This document shows positions 1-8,269 of a DNA stretch of 24,808 nt, piece after piece. The translations under genes were made by a program, and so were the position numbers. Origin of the DNA: a virus; IMG/VR virus record IMGVR_UViG_3300018015_000429; one strand, given 5' to 3'. Under the pieces are notes generated by a model. The model was not told the DNA's origin and did no database searches. It saw only the letters and a list, made by a program, of their open reading frames with translations. Numbering within the stretch: position 1 is the first letter of the stretch; each line of letters begins with the position of its first letter.

Positions 1-101
1 TGTAGACAGTTTATGTTATCGGTTCTCACTTTTTGATTGAAATGTGATACTCGAGGAAATCCTGTTTGCCTGAAAACTGGTTTATCAAAGGTGAGTCTCA
101 A
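1..101 (-). CDS. 5' part of an unknown early gene running off the left edge (MRLTFDKPVFRQTGFPRVSHFNQKVRTDNINCL...)
   Basis: TTG at 101-99 overlaps the TGA of the RHH gene (TTGA coupling), and the frame stays open for 33 codons to the window edge. Confidence 0.4.
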   Translation of the reverse strand, partial: MRLTFDKPVFRQTGFPRVSHFNQKVRTDNINCL

Positions 102-286
102 AATTTCTGCATTTTTCCATGGACTTTCTCTGTTATCAGGCTTATTGATTTGGCATAGTCCATGAAAGCCTCGCGAAGAGCTTCGCTTTCGTCAATTCCC
201 AAGCTTTTGCATATCCTTTCGAGAAGCTGCTTCTGCTCAGTCGAGAGATAGACTCTGACGACCTTCCGGGCCATGTAATCACGCAC
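98..286 (-). CDS. Ribbon-helix-helix (CopG/MetJ/Arc-like) DNA-binding protein; true start may be the ATG at 274
   Basis: MARKVVRVYLSTEQKQLLERICKSLGIDESEALREAF fits the RHH pattern: alternating beta-strand, helix, G-x-x-x-S turn, second helix. Confidence 0.8.
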   Translation of the reverse strand: MRDYMARKVVRVYLSTEQKQLLERICKSLGIDESEALREAFMDYAKSISLITEKVHGKMQKF

Positions 287-287
287 T

Positions 288-422
288 CATACCTCACCCA
301 TACCGCATCGAGCATTTAAGCCTTGCCGCACTTGTGAAGTATGCCTACCCATCGCCTCGTACAACCATGTCTGGCAATTTTTATATATTCTTGTGCAAAC
401 AATACAGCATGGGTAAGGTATG
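288..422. promoter_or_regulatory. Divergent promoter/operator region between the two RHH genes
   Basis: TATA-like TTTATATA at 380-387. A 14-bp inverted repeat (13/14 match): CATACCTCACCCAT at 288-301 versus ATGGGTAAGGTATG at 409-422. A partial copy ATGCCTACCCAT lies at 341-352. Confidence 0.6.
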
Positions 423-803
423 CCTGAAGGAAAATATCGCAGCATAAGTCTTTCAAAAGAGCTTGTCGAGACAATCGAAGACTTCATCGAAGAAAACCCG
501 CAGGCGAGTTACAAGAGCATCGCAGACTTTGTTGCGGATGCTGTCCGCATACGGTTTGAACAGCTCGGAGTCTACCCTGGAAAGATATCATTGCTAGAGA
601 TCAACGCAAACGAGATGGGCCCACTACTCTATGATAAAAGCCTCAAGAAAACCGTGCAGATCCTCATCACCCCCAAAGGACTCGAATGTGCAGAATGTAA
701 GCTAGACAGTTGCCGCCACATCAAATTCGCCTTGGCAAACCCCAAAACCCAGATGCTGATCCGAGAGAGGAAAAAAGAAGGCTGGAAGCTTCCCGCTGTC
801 TAG
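420..803 (+). CDS. RHH-domain transcriptional regulator with a C-terminal Cys/His (SWIM-like) zinc-binding domain; candidate repressor
   Basis: N-terminus YRSISLSKELVETIEDFIEENPQASYKSIADFVADAVR is RHH-like; C-terminus has CAEC-x4-CRH; gene is divergent from the other RHH gene. Confidence 0.7.
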   Translation: MPEGKYRSISLSKELVETIEDFIEENPQASYKSIADFVADAVRIRFEQLGVYPGKISLLEINANEMGPLLYDKSLKKTVQILITPKGLECAECKLDSCRHIKFALANPKTQMLIRERKKEGWKLPAV

Positions 804-871
804 GAGATATCCGTTCTGGAAAATCTTCTATACCATGCCTTTTCTTTAATTGCTCATTTGAGGGAGCAGGC

Positions 872-1102
872 ATGAAAACCAGACTGAGAATGAAGTGCGA
901 GAATTGTGGATGTTGGAATCGTTTTGAGGTGAACAAACTCTTCATTGAACAGCCTTCTGCAGAACCCAAAGTCAAAATCATACTTCCTTTCTATGAACCG
1001 TTGAAGGTTGAAAAGTGCAAGAAATGCGGGAACTTGTTAACTGAACCCAAGACGTTGGTTAGAATCACTTCTGAAAAAACGTCTGAAAGAAATCAGCCCT
1101 AA
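872..1102 (+). CDS. Small zinc-ribbon protein
   Basis: ATG at 872 after GGGAGCAGG; CENCG and CKKCG pairs. The longer 710 start in the ORF track overlaps the upstream gene. Confidence 0.65.
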   Translation: MKTRLRMKCENCGCWNRFEVNKLFIEQPSAEPKVKIILPFYEPLKVEKCKKCGNLLTEPKTLVRITSEKTSERNQP

Positions 1103-1220
1103 TCTTGAAACATGAGAATCACAATATTGCGCGCGCTAACAGTCCCCCTGTGTTTATGGTAGGTTCAGCATGACCACCCCAGAAATCACCCTATTGGACG
1201 AAAGCACGCGCGCAGAGACC

Positions 1221-1268
1221 TCGCAAGGTACTGCGTAAGGTACCGCACAAGGTACCGCGTACGGTACC
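1221..1268. repeat. Four tandem 12-bp units, three of them ending in a GGTACC palindrome
   Basis: tcgcaaggtact / gcgtaaggtacc / gcacaaggtacc / gcgtacggtacc, directly upstream of the late operon. Confidence 0.85.
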
Positions 1269-1340
1269 GTGTCTTATTTCAATTCGTATGTGTATTCTCT
1301 GCTTGTAGAATTCGAAGCCCGCCGCCCTTGAGTGGCGTGA

Positions 1341-1592
1341 GTGAGAACCATGACACACAGAAGAAGCAAAGAAAAAGAACAACTGAGACAAGCTCGTAGA
1401 ATCATACTTAACAGCAGTTTCCATGACAGAATTCGATACGAAACAGTTTGCAGAATGACTCGTACAGACGTTCTTGCACTGCTGAAGGAGCCTGTTCAGC
1501 TCGGTCTTGTGCCGGAACTTGAAAAAGGCGAAGTCTTGGTTGACTCACGTGGAAACGGCAGCTTCCAAACAGCACTTTTTAGAGAGGAATGA
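1341..1592 (+). CDS. Hypothetical protein at the start of the packaging operon
   Basis: 83-aa ORF ending 3 nt before the next gene; no recognisable motif. Confidence 0.55.
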   Translation: MRTMTHRRSKEKEQLRQARRIILNSSFHDRIRYETVCRMTRTDVLALLKEPVQLGLVPELEKGEVLVDSRGNGSFQTALFREE

Positions 1593-1595
1593 AAT

Positions 1596-2087
1596 TTGGG
1601 CGGGGGAAAGAATTGGACAGAGGCTGAAGAAAAGCTTCTGTTTGAAATGGTTCAGAGAGGAATGAACGCTCAGCAGATTTACGATTCAGGCATGTTTCCG
1701 AACCGCACTTTTCGCGCTATACTGAACGTGGTTGACAGAACCCGTATTGATTCAGGCGCCGAAAAGGAAATCCTCCTGAAGGCTCAGATTGGAGAGGCTG
1801 AGATAATCGGATTAGACTCCGTTGTCAAGCGGTATGTGGATGCTTTCAACAAGGTTTGCGATTTGAAGTCATGCAATAAAGAGGATTTGGAGCGTTTTCG
1901 CATCATCTTTTCTTCGGCTCGCGCTTACTTTGAAGTTTATTACAAGTTTCAGAAGTACGAAGAGGTGGAAAGACGTGTCGAGAGAGTTGAAAAGTTGGTG
2001 GCACAGTTGGCAGCAAAGAAGAACGCAGAGGATTCTCACACAAAGCTTAGACAAAACGGAAACCCAAGTCCGCAACCTCCTGTATGA
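1596..2087 (+). CDS. terS: Putative terminase small subunit (N-terminal Myb/HTH-like domain, C-terminal coiled coil)
   Basis: NWTEAEEKLL is a Myb/SANT-like start; helical EEVERRVERVEKLV segment; lies immediately upstream of and overlaps TerL. Assignment is mainly positional. Confidence 0.55.
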   Translation: MGGGKNWTEAEEKLLFEMVQRGMNAQQIYDSGMFPNRTFRAILNVVDRTRIDSGAEKEILLKAQIGEAEIIGLDSVVKRYVDAFNKVCDLKSCNKEDLERFRIIFSSARAYFEVYYKFQKYEEVERRVERVEKLVAQLAAKKNAEDSHTKLRQNGNPSPQPPV

Positions 2088-3372
2088 CACAACTGATGAG
2101 CCAATAGACTCGCCAGTTGTATACGCCGAAAGCGTATTTGGCATCAAACCATTCCCGTACCAGGCAGAACTGCTTGAAGATAAGAATAAGCGCATAGTTG
2201 CCTGCATGGGACGTCAAACAGGCAAAACAACGGCAATAGCCATGAAAGCAGTATTCTTCGCTGACACCCACTCAAATGTCACCATTCTAATCACCAGCCC
2301 CTCGCTTCGGCAAAGCATGATAATGTTTGACCGCGTAGCCTCCCTCGTCTTTTCAACCGCACGCCTGCTAAATAGAGTCACCAGAGCCACAAGAACAATG
2401 GTTCAACTAGTCAACGGCAGCCGCATAATCGCGTTGCCTTGCAGCGAAAACCTGCTGAGAGGGTACACCGTTGACATGCTAATTTGTGACGAAGCCAGCT
2501 GGGTTCCTGAAGAAGTCATCACGCAGGTTCTTTTTCCAATGTTGAGCACAACGGACGGCTACGCCATTTTCTTGAGCACGCCGTGGGACAAGAACCACTT
2601 CTTTCGCAGAGCCTTCGTAAACCCGAACTACAGCGTGCACAAGGTGAAATCAAAAGAATGCCCACTCATCAAACCCGAGTTTCTGAAGGAAATGCGCGAC
2701 AACATGACGCACGAAGCCTACCTCATGGAATATGAAGCCGAATTTGTCGAAGCAGTGAACAGCTATTTCACGCAGGACTTGATACGCAACTGCGTTGAGC
2801 TAGCCCAAACACTAGGCGCTGATATCTACACAAGCCTCGAAGGCCAATTTCCTAATGGAGATTACTATGCAGGTGTCGATTTCGGCAAACTACAAGACTA
2901 CAGTGTGATAACCGTCGTGAAACGTGAAAAAGAAAATCTCAGCCTCATCTATCTTCACCAGTTCCCCTTGGAAACACTCTACACTCACGTCATAGGCCAT
3001 CTATTCCGAGCGCATGAAAAATTCAGGTTCAGCAACGTGTTGGTAGACCAGACTGGCGTAGGCGAACCGGTGCTTGAGGAAATGCATAATCAAGGCATGA
3101 ACCTCGCAGAAGGATTGGTATTCACCACAGAGACCAAGGAATCGCTGCTCACAAGACTGAAGATTACGATGGAGCAAAACCGATTGGCCATACCTTACGA
3201 TAAACAATTGTGCCAACAAATGAACGAACAGCAATGCGATTACGGCAAGAGCGGCCATCTGCTTTTCACTCACCCTCCAAGAGGCCATGATGACATGCTT
3301 TGGTCATTGGCACTTGCAGTTTATGCTACTGCTCAGACACCTCCACCTGGAAAAGGTGCCATTATGCTCTAA
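1975..3372 (+). CDS. terL: Terminase large subunit (ATPase plus RNase H-like nuclease); start codon uncertain (TTG 1930, GTG 1975 or ACG 2023)
   Basis: PFPYQ adenine-binding motif, Walker A MGRQTGKTT, Walker B LICDEA, LSTP coupling motif, nuclease motifs GVDFG, VDQTGVG and HDD. Confidence 0.95.
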   Translation: MSRELKSWWHSWQQRRTQRILTQSLDKTETQVRNLLYDTTDEPIDSPVVYAESVFGIKPFPYQAELLEDKNKRIVACMGRQTGKTTAIAMKAVFFADTHSNVTILITSPSLRQSMIMFDRVASLVFSTARLLNRVTRATRTMVQLVNGSRIIALPCSENLLRGYTVDMLICDEASWVPEEVITQVLFPMLSTTDGYAIFLSTPWDKNHFFRRAFVNPNYSVHKVKSKECPLIKPEFLKEMRDNMTHEAYLMEYEAEFVEAVNSYFTQDLIRNCVELAQTLGADIYTSLEGQFPNGDYYAGVDFGKLQDYSVITVVKREKENLSLIYLHQFPLETLYTHVIGHLFRAHEKFRFSNVLVDQTGVGEPVLEEMHNQGMNLAEGLVFTTETKESLLTRLKITMEQNRLAIPYDKQLCQQMNEQQCDYGKSGHLLFTHPPRGHDDMLWSLALAVYATAQTPPPGKGAIML

Positions 3373-3388
3373 GAAAAAGTTGACCTCT

Positions 3389-3754
3389 ATGTTGTCTGCA
3401 GTTCGTTCAATACTATGCGCCATACTGTACGGAGTAATGGAGAACAGACTGTTTTTTGAGGGACATGAAGACGAGTGGCTTCTAGGTCACTTCAAAACGT
3501 ATCACCTTTTCATGTTCTTGCTCTTCGGGGTTATCGCATTCGATCCGTACTGGCCCGTCTTTCTTTGGAGTTTCTTGGCGATGCCACTGGCCGAAGATGC
3601 AACGTGGCAGCTGATTGAGCATAGACAGCTGAAGCAGGAAGATTGGAGCAACATCGGCGGCTTCAAACTCCTGCTAGGCGTTTATGTGTGGTACTGGGTT
3701 GATGCTTTCTTCTTGATTGTTCTTGGCTTGTTCATACTGTTAAGAGGCTGTTGA
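3389..3754 (+). CDS. Small integral membrane protein (about 3 TM segments)
   Basis: ATG at 3389; hydrophobic stretches YHLFMFLLFGVIAF, WPVFLWSFLAMPLA and VYVWYWVDAFFLIVLGLFILL. Confidence 0.7.
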   Translation: MLSAVRSILCAILYGVMENRLFFEGHEDEWLLGHFKTYHLFMFLLFGVIAFDPYWPVFLWSFLAMPLAEDATWQLIEHRQLKQEDWSNIGGFKLLLGVYVWYWVDAFFLIVLGLFILLRGC

Positions 3755-3758
3755 GAAC

Positions 3759-5147
3759 TTGAGTTTCGTCGCTGAAAGGGTCCGTAAGGGTTTGCAGGCG
3801 GTCAAGCAATTTGTAGGTAGATTTGTTGCTCAGCGACAAGTTCCCGAAGGCGTAAGCAAGAAACAGATTGAAGAGGAGGTACCCGTCAGCTGGAAAGCTG
3901 ACAACATGCTCTGGGGCTACGTCACCAAGTACATGCTTAAGGGCTCGGGAGCCGGCTTTGTTACTCCTCCATACATGGCGTATTGGGAACGTCTTTGGGG
4001 CGCGACGCCCGTCGAGGACCTTCCGGCCTACAAGGATTTATACACTTTTACGCCGTACATCAAGGCAAGCATTGACGTTACTGTGAACATGGCTATTGCC
4101 CAGGGTTTCGAACTTGAAGGTAGCGACGAGCAAATTCGCGAGTGGCTTACGGATTGGCTTGACGAGCATAATATTCTGCACACTTTGAGAATCATCGGCA
4201 CGGACATGCTTGTTTTTGGCAATGGTTATTTTGAGATTTGTCGCGATGAGAAGACACCAGTTGAGGAATGGTGGCTTAAGACATTAGATCCCGTGCACAT
4301 GCGAGTGCGGAGGGATGCGTACGGCAATGTTTTCGGGTACGTTCAACTTTTGACATTTCCTCCGGTCGCTTTTGTTGCGAATGACATTGTGCATTTTCGT
4401 TATGGCGCCAAGAGCTGGTGGTACGAGTGGAGTTACGGTACTTCCCTTCTTAGGTCATTGTTGAAGCTGCAAGCACTGATTGACCAGCTTCAGGATGACA
4501 TGGCGCTTATAATGCACATTTACACTAAACCCATGCTTGTCGTGAAAGCTGGGACGCCTGAAAGGCCCTTCAGTGATCCGCAGCTGCAGAGTTTGATGGA
4601 GGCTTTTCGTGATAGGAAACCTGCTACAGACATCTTCGTTCGTGGTGACGTTGAGGTTACTGTTGTTCAGAGCATGACGAAGGAAGTTAACATTGAATGG
4701 TGGATCAATTACCTTCTGGTTCAGCGATCCGCTGTCCTGGGCGTTCCGAAGATTTTCCTGGGCGAGAGCGAGCGGACGAACCGTGCAACCGCAGAGATTG
4801 TGATGCAGGAGTACGTTACTAGGCTGCGGATGCTGCAGGAACTCATCGGGGACACATTGGAGACTGCTCTCTTCAAGCAGTTGATACGGGAAAAGTGGGG
4901 AGAGGGCAAAGAAGTTCCCCATATTAAATGGCGGCCTGTCTGGGAGCCCACGCTTGACGTGAAAGCCAACTTCATCACGAACTTGGTTAAGGAGAAGATT
5001 ATCGCGCCCAGTGAGGCTAGGCCCCAGCTTGGCTATCCAGAGGAACTGCCTGAGGGATTATCGGAGAAGGGCCCTAGTGACGCGTCTGCTGGGTCCTCCG
5101 TTGCGATGGTCGAGGAGAGTAAGCCTGAGGATGCAGAAAACGCTTAG
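3759..5147 (+). CDS. Portal protein
   Basis: 462 aa after TerL; portal-type motifs DMLVFGNGYFEI, LDPVHMRVRRD, DIVHFRY, YGTSLL, LGVPKIFLG and NRATA. Confidence 0.9.
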   Translation: MSFVAERVRKGLQAVKQFVGRFVAQRQVPEGVSKKQIEEEVPVSWKADNMLWGYVTKYMLKGSGAGFVTPPYMAYWERLWGATPVEDLPAYKDLYTFTPYIKASIDVTVNMAIAQGFELEGSDEQIREWLTDWLDEHNILHTLRIIGTDMLVFGNGYFEICRDEKTPVEEWWLKTLDPVHMRVRRDAYGNVFGYVQLLTFPPVAFVANDIVHFRYGAKSWWYEWSYGTSLLRSLLKLQALIDQLQDDMALIMHIYTKPMLVVKAGTPERPFSDPQLQSLMEAFRDRKPATDIFVRGDVEVTVVQSMTKEVNIEWWINYLLVQRSAVLGVPKIFLGESERTNRATAEIVMQEYVTRLRMLQELIGDTLETALFKQLIREKWGEGKEVPHIKWRPVWEPTLDVKANFITNLVKEKIIAPSEARPQLGYPEELPEGLSEKGPSDASAGSSVAMVEESKPEDAENA

Positions 5148-5421
5148 CAAGTGGTGGCCACGGATGGCGTGTAGCCCTCTCTGTGGTTACACTAATGAGA
5201 TGCGGAGGCCTCACCTTACTTGTCTCTTCTGTCGAGTTAGAAAGTTCTTCTATGGGAAATACAAAGGGAAAGGTTTCCATTACAACAAGCTTATGCGAGT
5301 TGTCATGCCTGGGGACTGCTCGAATTATGTGCTCTTTATTGATAACAAGCGGCATCTGGTCGCTTTGAAGGCTGCTCTTCTGAAGCGGCTGCTGACGATT
5401 TGCGAGTGGCTAGCGAACTGA
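5131..5421 (+). CDS. Hypothetical basic, Cys-containing protein
   Basis: ATG at 5131 overlaps the portal end; fills the gap to the next gene; contains CSPLC and CLFC. Confidence 0.55.
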   Translation: MQKTLSKWWPRMACSPLCGYTNEMRRPHLTCLFCRVRKFFYGKYKGKGFHYNKLMRVVMPGDCSNYVLFIDNKRHLVALKAALLKRLLTICEWLAN

Positions 5422-5435
5422 TGGTGATTTGAATT

Positions 5436-5747
5436 ATGCCTGGACTTGAAGAAGCTAAGACTGTTTGGCGTTACCGGGTTCAGGACCCGGGCAAGTTTGA
5501 GAAGTTTCGCGTGAAGGAGCTTGGGAAAGGCGTCAAAATCACCGTTGGCAAGGTGAAGGGTAGCGACCGCTGGGAAATACAGAACTACATGTTTGAAAAG
5601 CAGCGGTTCAAAACCCGTGAACAGGTTCGCAAGTGGCTTGACACGCATTTGAAGGGAGAGATTCAGACTCTCTTAGACTTCAAGGCTTGGAATGAGTATC
5701 GCCGAAGAGTCATGAACGCTTACGTTCAAATCTCAGACGTACGGTGA
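5436..5747 (+). CDS. Small head-module protein; resembles a domain I recall as often adjacent to or fused with prohead proteases
   Basis: GGTGA RBS upstream; pattern RYRVQDPGKF...GVKITVGK...EIQNYMFEK...EQVRKWLDTH; located just before the protease gene. Confidence 0.6.
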   Translation: MPGLEEAKTVWRYRVQDPGKFEKFRVKELGKGVKITVGKVKGSDRWEIQNYMFEKQRFKTREQVRKWLDTHLKGEIQTLLDFKAWNEYRRRVMNAYVQISDVR

Positions 5748-5754
5748 CGTGAAA

Positions 5755-6876
5755 ATGCAGCTCAAGTATTATGTTCCGTTCAAGGCGCAAGAAGGCGTCG
5801 ACGCACAGTTTGCCTTAAAAGAGAAGCTGATCAATATCGAAGGGCTCGCTATTGACACGAGCGTAAATAAGAATAGGTGGCAGGTTCCAGAGGAGGACCT
5901 TGACTTTTTCACTGAAACGCTTAGAGGAGCTCAGTTGCGTGCGGATCATGCTGAAAGCGTTTTCATGATTGTTGGCAAAGTGCCGGAAGCGAAGCGCCAG
6001 GGGCAAGAAGTTTTTTTCAGGGCTGAGGTCGGCGGGGAAGAGAAACTTATTGACAAGATTCTACGTGGGTACGTGAAGTATGTTAGTGTCCAGGTTGATA
6101 GTGACGATGTTGAGTGCAGCAAGTGTCATCAGCAAACTCGGAAGGAAGGCCTACTCATTCACTTATGCGCCCCAGATGCTTGGGAAATCGTGCACAAGCC
6201 CACCGTCCGAGAGCTCAGTATTGTTGCTTCTCCCGCTTACGAGAAAACCGAGTTTACGCCTGTTGGCTTCGCGGCTGCAATGAACGAGAATCAGTCTGAG
6301 CAGCTCGCAAACTTTTCACAGTCACTTCAAAGTGATGATGTGGGTTCTGGGCGTGAGCCGCAAGAACCTGAAAAACAACAATCAAACACAAAAGAGGTGA
6401 AGCACTTGCCTGAACAAAATGCTCAGCAAGCAGCTTCTCCGCATCAAGCGCAAGGAGTAGTTAACGTCGCACCAGGAGAAGGTGCGCCGAAAGAGCATAC
6501 GTATCAGCAGTACATCGACCAGTTGACGCAGCTTAAGCAGCAGATAATGCAGAGGCCTGGAGCTTCCGACGCTGAACTCGACGACTTGAACAAGAAAATC
6601 GCAGATCTCGAGAGTGAACTCGCGAAGAGAGCGAAAAAGGCGGAGCTGGGAAGGAAAATCAGCGAACTGTCGAAGAAGGTTGGCGAGGAAGCGCAGGAAG
6701 GCCAGGAAGAGGGCGAAGAGGCGAACGGTTCAAGTGCAGCGGAAGCGAAACATGCCAGTGGCAAGGGCATCGTTGGGGCCATTGAAGTATCGAACCCTGA
6801 TAGTCTCGGCAATTTTGACTGGTTCAAAGACCTGATCAAGGCTTCACGCAAGCTTAGCGCTGGATTCAAGGGTTAA
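5755..6876 (+). CDS. Prohead maturation protease (HK97/herpes-like serine protease fold) fused to a C-terminal scaffold
   Basis: GGTGA at 5743-5747 then ATG 5755; IEGLAIDTSVNKNRW, ADH (His), VSVQV, RELSIVASPAY (Ser); acidic coiled-coil C-terminal half. Confidence 0.85.
   Translation: MQLKYYVPFKAQEGVDAQFALKEKLINIEGLAIDTSVNKNRWQVPEEDLDFFTETLRGAQLRADHAESVFMIVGKVPEAKRQGQEVFFRAEVGGEEKLIDKILRGYVKYVSVQVDSDDVECSKCHQQTRKEGLLIHLCAPDAWEIVHKPTVRELSIVASPAYEKTEFTPVGFAAAMNENQSEQLANFSQSLQSDDVGSGREPQEPEKQQSNTKEVKHLPEQNAQQAASPHQAQGVVNVAPGEGAPKEHTYQQYIDQLTQLKQQIMQRPGASDAELDDLNKKIADLESELAKRAKKAELGRKISELSKKVGEEAQEGQEEGEEANGSSAAEAKHASGKGIVGAIEVSNPDSLGNFDWFKDLIKASRKLSAGFKG
6406..6876 (+). CDS. Nested in-frame scaffolding protein (internal start in the protease gene)
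   Basis: GAGGTGA at 6394-6400, 5 nt before an in-frame TTG at 6406, at the end of a low-complexity linker; product would be 156 aa, Q/E/A/K-rich and helical. Confidence 0.65.
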   Translation: MPEQNAQQAASPHQAQGVVNVAPGEGAPKEHTYQQYIDQLTQLKQQIMQRPGASDAELDDLNKKIADLESELAKRAKKAELGRKISELSKKVGEEAQEGQEEGEEANGSSAAEAKHASGKGIVGAIEVSNPDSLGNFDWFKDLIKASRKLSAGFKG

Positions 6877-6886
6877 GGGATGACAA

Positions 6887-7279
6887 ATGAGTGTACCAGT
6901 TTTTGAAGGAACAACACCGCTAGTCTCTGATCGTTATACTCTCACGTTCATCGCGGGCGAAGACCTCTTGCCCGGATATCTTGTCGAGATCAGCGCTGAC
7001 TGGACAGTGAAGAAATGCACGAGCGTGAACAGTCTCAAAGTTGTCGGCATAACGTTGAGCGCGGCTCTAAATGGGAAGGCAGTTACCGTTGTGAACAGGG
7101 GACTTTGCAGAGCAAAAGCATATGGCACGATCACCGCAGGCGACCAGATAATTTCTACAAGCGGAGGCACCGGAATCGGACTTATCCAGAGCGACCAAGG
7201 AAAGAAGGACTCTAGCGTCATGGGCATAGCAGTGGCTGGAGCTGCAAGCGGCGGCACTGCTTACATCATACTTTGGTAA
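6887..7279 (+). CDS. Head decoration/cement protein (DUF2190-like beta-tulip)
   Basis: 130 aa between scaffold and MCP; Gly/Ala-rich pattern AGEDL..G.LV, VVGI, GKAVTV...G, ITAGD.I, MGIAVAGA. Confidence 0.7.
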   Translation: MSVPVFEGTTPLVSDRYTLTFIAGEDLLPGYLVEISADWTVKKCTSVNSLKVVGITLSAALNGKAVTVVNRGLCRAKAYGTITAGDQIISTSGGTGIGLIQSDQGKKDSSVMGIAVAGAASGGTAYIILW

Positions 7280-7290
7280 GGCGGTTTTGA

Positions 7291-8184
7291 ATGAGTTTTC
7301 AAAGAGACGCTTTAACATGGGTTGACACCGGGGCAGTAGCGTATCCCGCGTTGCACCAGCACATCATCGAATTGACCATGCCCGCACTTATCGTCAAGCG
7401 TTTGCTGCCTGAGTTTCCGTTGGTTGCAGGACGAACCGCGACGTTCGTAAAGGAAAAAGGAAGCAGAAGCATTGGCATCAGCGAGATCACCGAGGGCGCC
7501 GAGATTCCGATGGATTTCACGCCCCTTGACTATGTGAGTATCACGCCCTACAAGAAGGGCGAACGGATCCGTGTACCTCGCGAGCAGATTGAAGACCTCT
7601 ACATCCCAGTAATAGAACAGCAGCTCAGACGTCTGGCAAGACGTGTAGCCTACCAGATTGACAAGGACTGCCTCACATGTATTGACGCTGCGGCTGCCAA
7701 TTCAAGCGGCGGCACAGGGACCAGCATGGGAGCGACAGGAACAGAGTTCACAGTCTCGGGCGGCATCGGTACGAAGGATATTCTGTGGGCTGACGCGAAG
7801 ATTGCAAGTTACAACTTCCTCGCTGACAGCATCCTCTGCAATCCGATTAACGCTCGCGATCTAAAGTACCTCCCGCATTTCAGCCTAGCTATGCAGTACG
7901 GTGAACCAGTAATCCAGTCAGGAGCAATCGGCAAAGCGTACGGTTTAGACTTGTACGTGAGTACCGTTGTGTCTGCAGGCACAGCGTACGTGTTGAGCAC
8001 GGGTCAAAACCTAAGTGGTTCTTATGCTCCCCTCGGATTCTTCGTCATCAAGCGGCCTTTGCTGTCTGATTTGGACGTCAAGAAAGAGTTCGACGCAGTC
8101 GACGTTAGCTTGACGACGAGGTATGCGCCTGTTGTCACGGTCGGAGAAGCAATCGTCAAAATAACCGGCTTGAATACAACTTAG
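7291..8184 (+). CDS. Major capsid protein, HK97 fold
   Basis: 297 aa; EITEGAEIP, KKGERIRVPREQIED, RRLARRVAYQIDKD, ILCNP, GKAYGLDLYVS and TRYAPVV motifs; canonical position. Confidence 0.92.
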   Translation: MSFQRDALTWVDTGAVAYPALHQHIIELTMPALIVKRLLPEFPLVAGRTATFVKEKGSRSIGISEITEGAEIPMDFTPLDYVSITPYKKGERIRVPREQIEDLYIPVIEQQLRRLARRVAYQIDKDCLTCIDAAAANSSGGTGTSMGATGTEFTVSGGIGTKDILWADAKIASYNFLADSILCNPINARDLKYLPHFSLAMQYGEPVIQSGAIGKAYGLDLYVSTVVSAGTAYVLSTGQNLSGSYAPLGFFVIKRPLLSDLDVKKEFDAVDVSLTTRYAPVVTVGEAIVKITGLNTT

Positions 8185-8194
8185 AAAAGCCTGA

Positions 8195-8224
8195 TTTTCC
8201 CTTTCTTTTTTTCCCTGTTTCTTC
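8195..8224 (+). terminator. Archaeal-type oligo-T/pyrimidine terminator after the MCP gene
   Basis: ttttccctttcttttttttccctgttt-like pyrimidine run just after the TAG at 8184. Confidence 0.6.
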
Positions 8225-8269
8225 ATCATTTCCATTTCATAGTTACAATCTTGAAGGCGTGTTTGAGAT

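Noticed and set aside
710-871. N-terminal extension of the zinc-ribbon ORF (130-aa call)
   Set aside because: It overlaps the RHH regulator in another frame; ATG 872 has a better RBS and starts the Cys-motif domain.
1191-1424. Minus-strand ORF with GTLR-like repeats
   Set aside because: The periodicity is just the translation of the 12-bp DNA array; the ORF overlaps a plus-strand gene and has no RBS support.
3868-8000. Numerous 60-155-aa alternative-frame and antisense ORFs inside the portal, protease, decoration and capsid genes
   Set aside because: Shadow ORFs fully overlapping well-supported genes, with no motifs or initiation signals.
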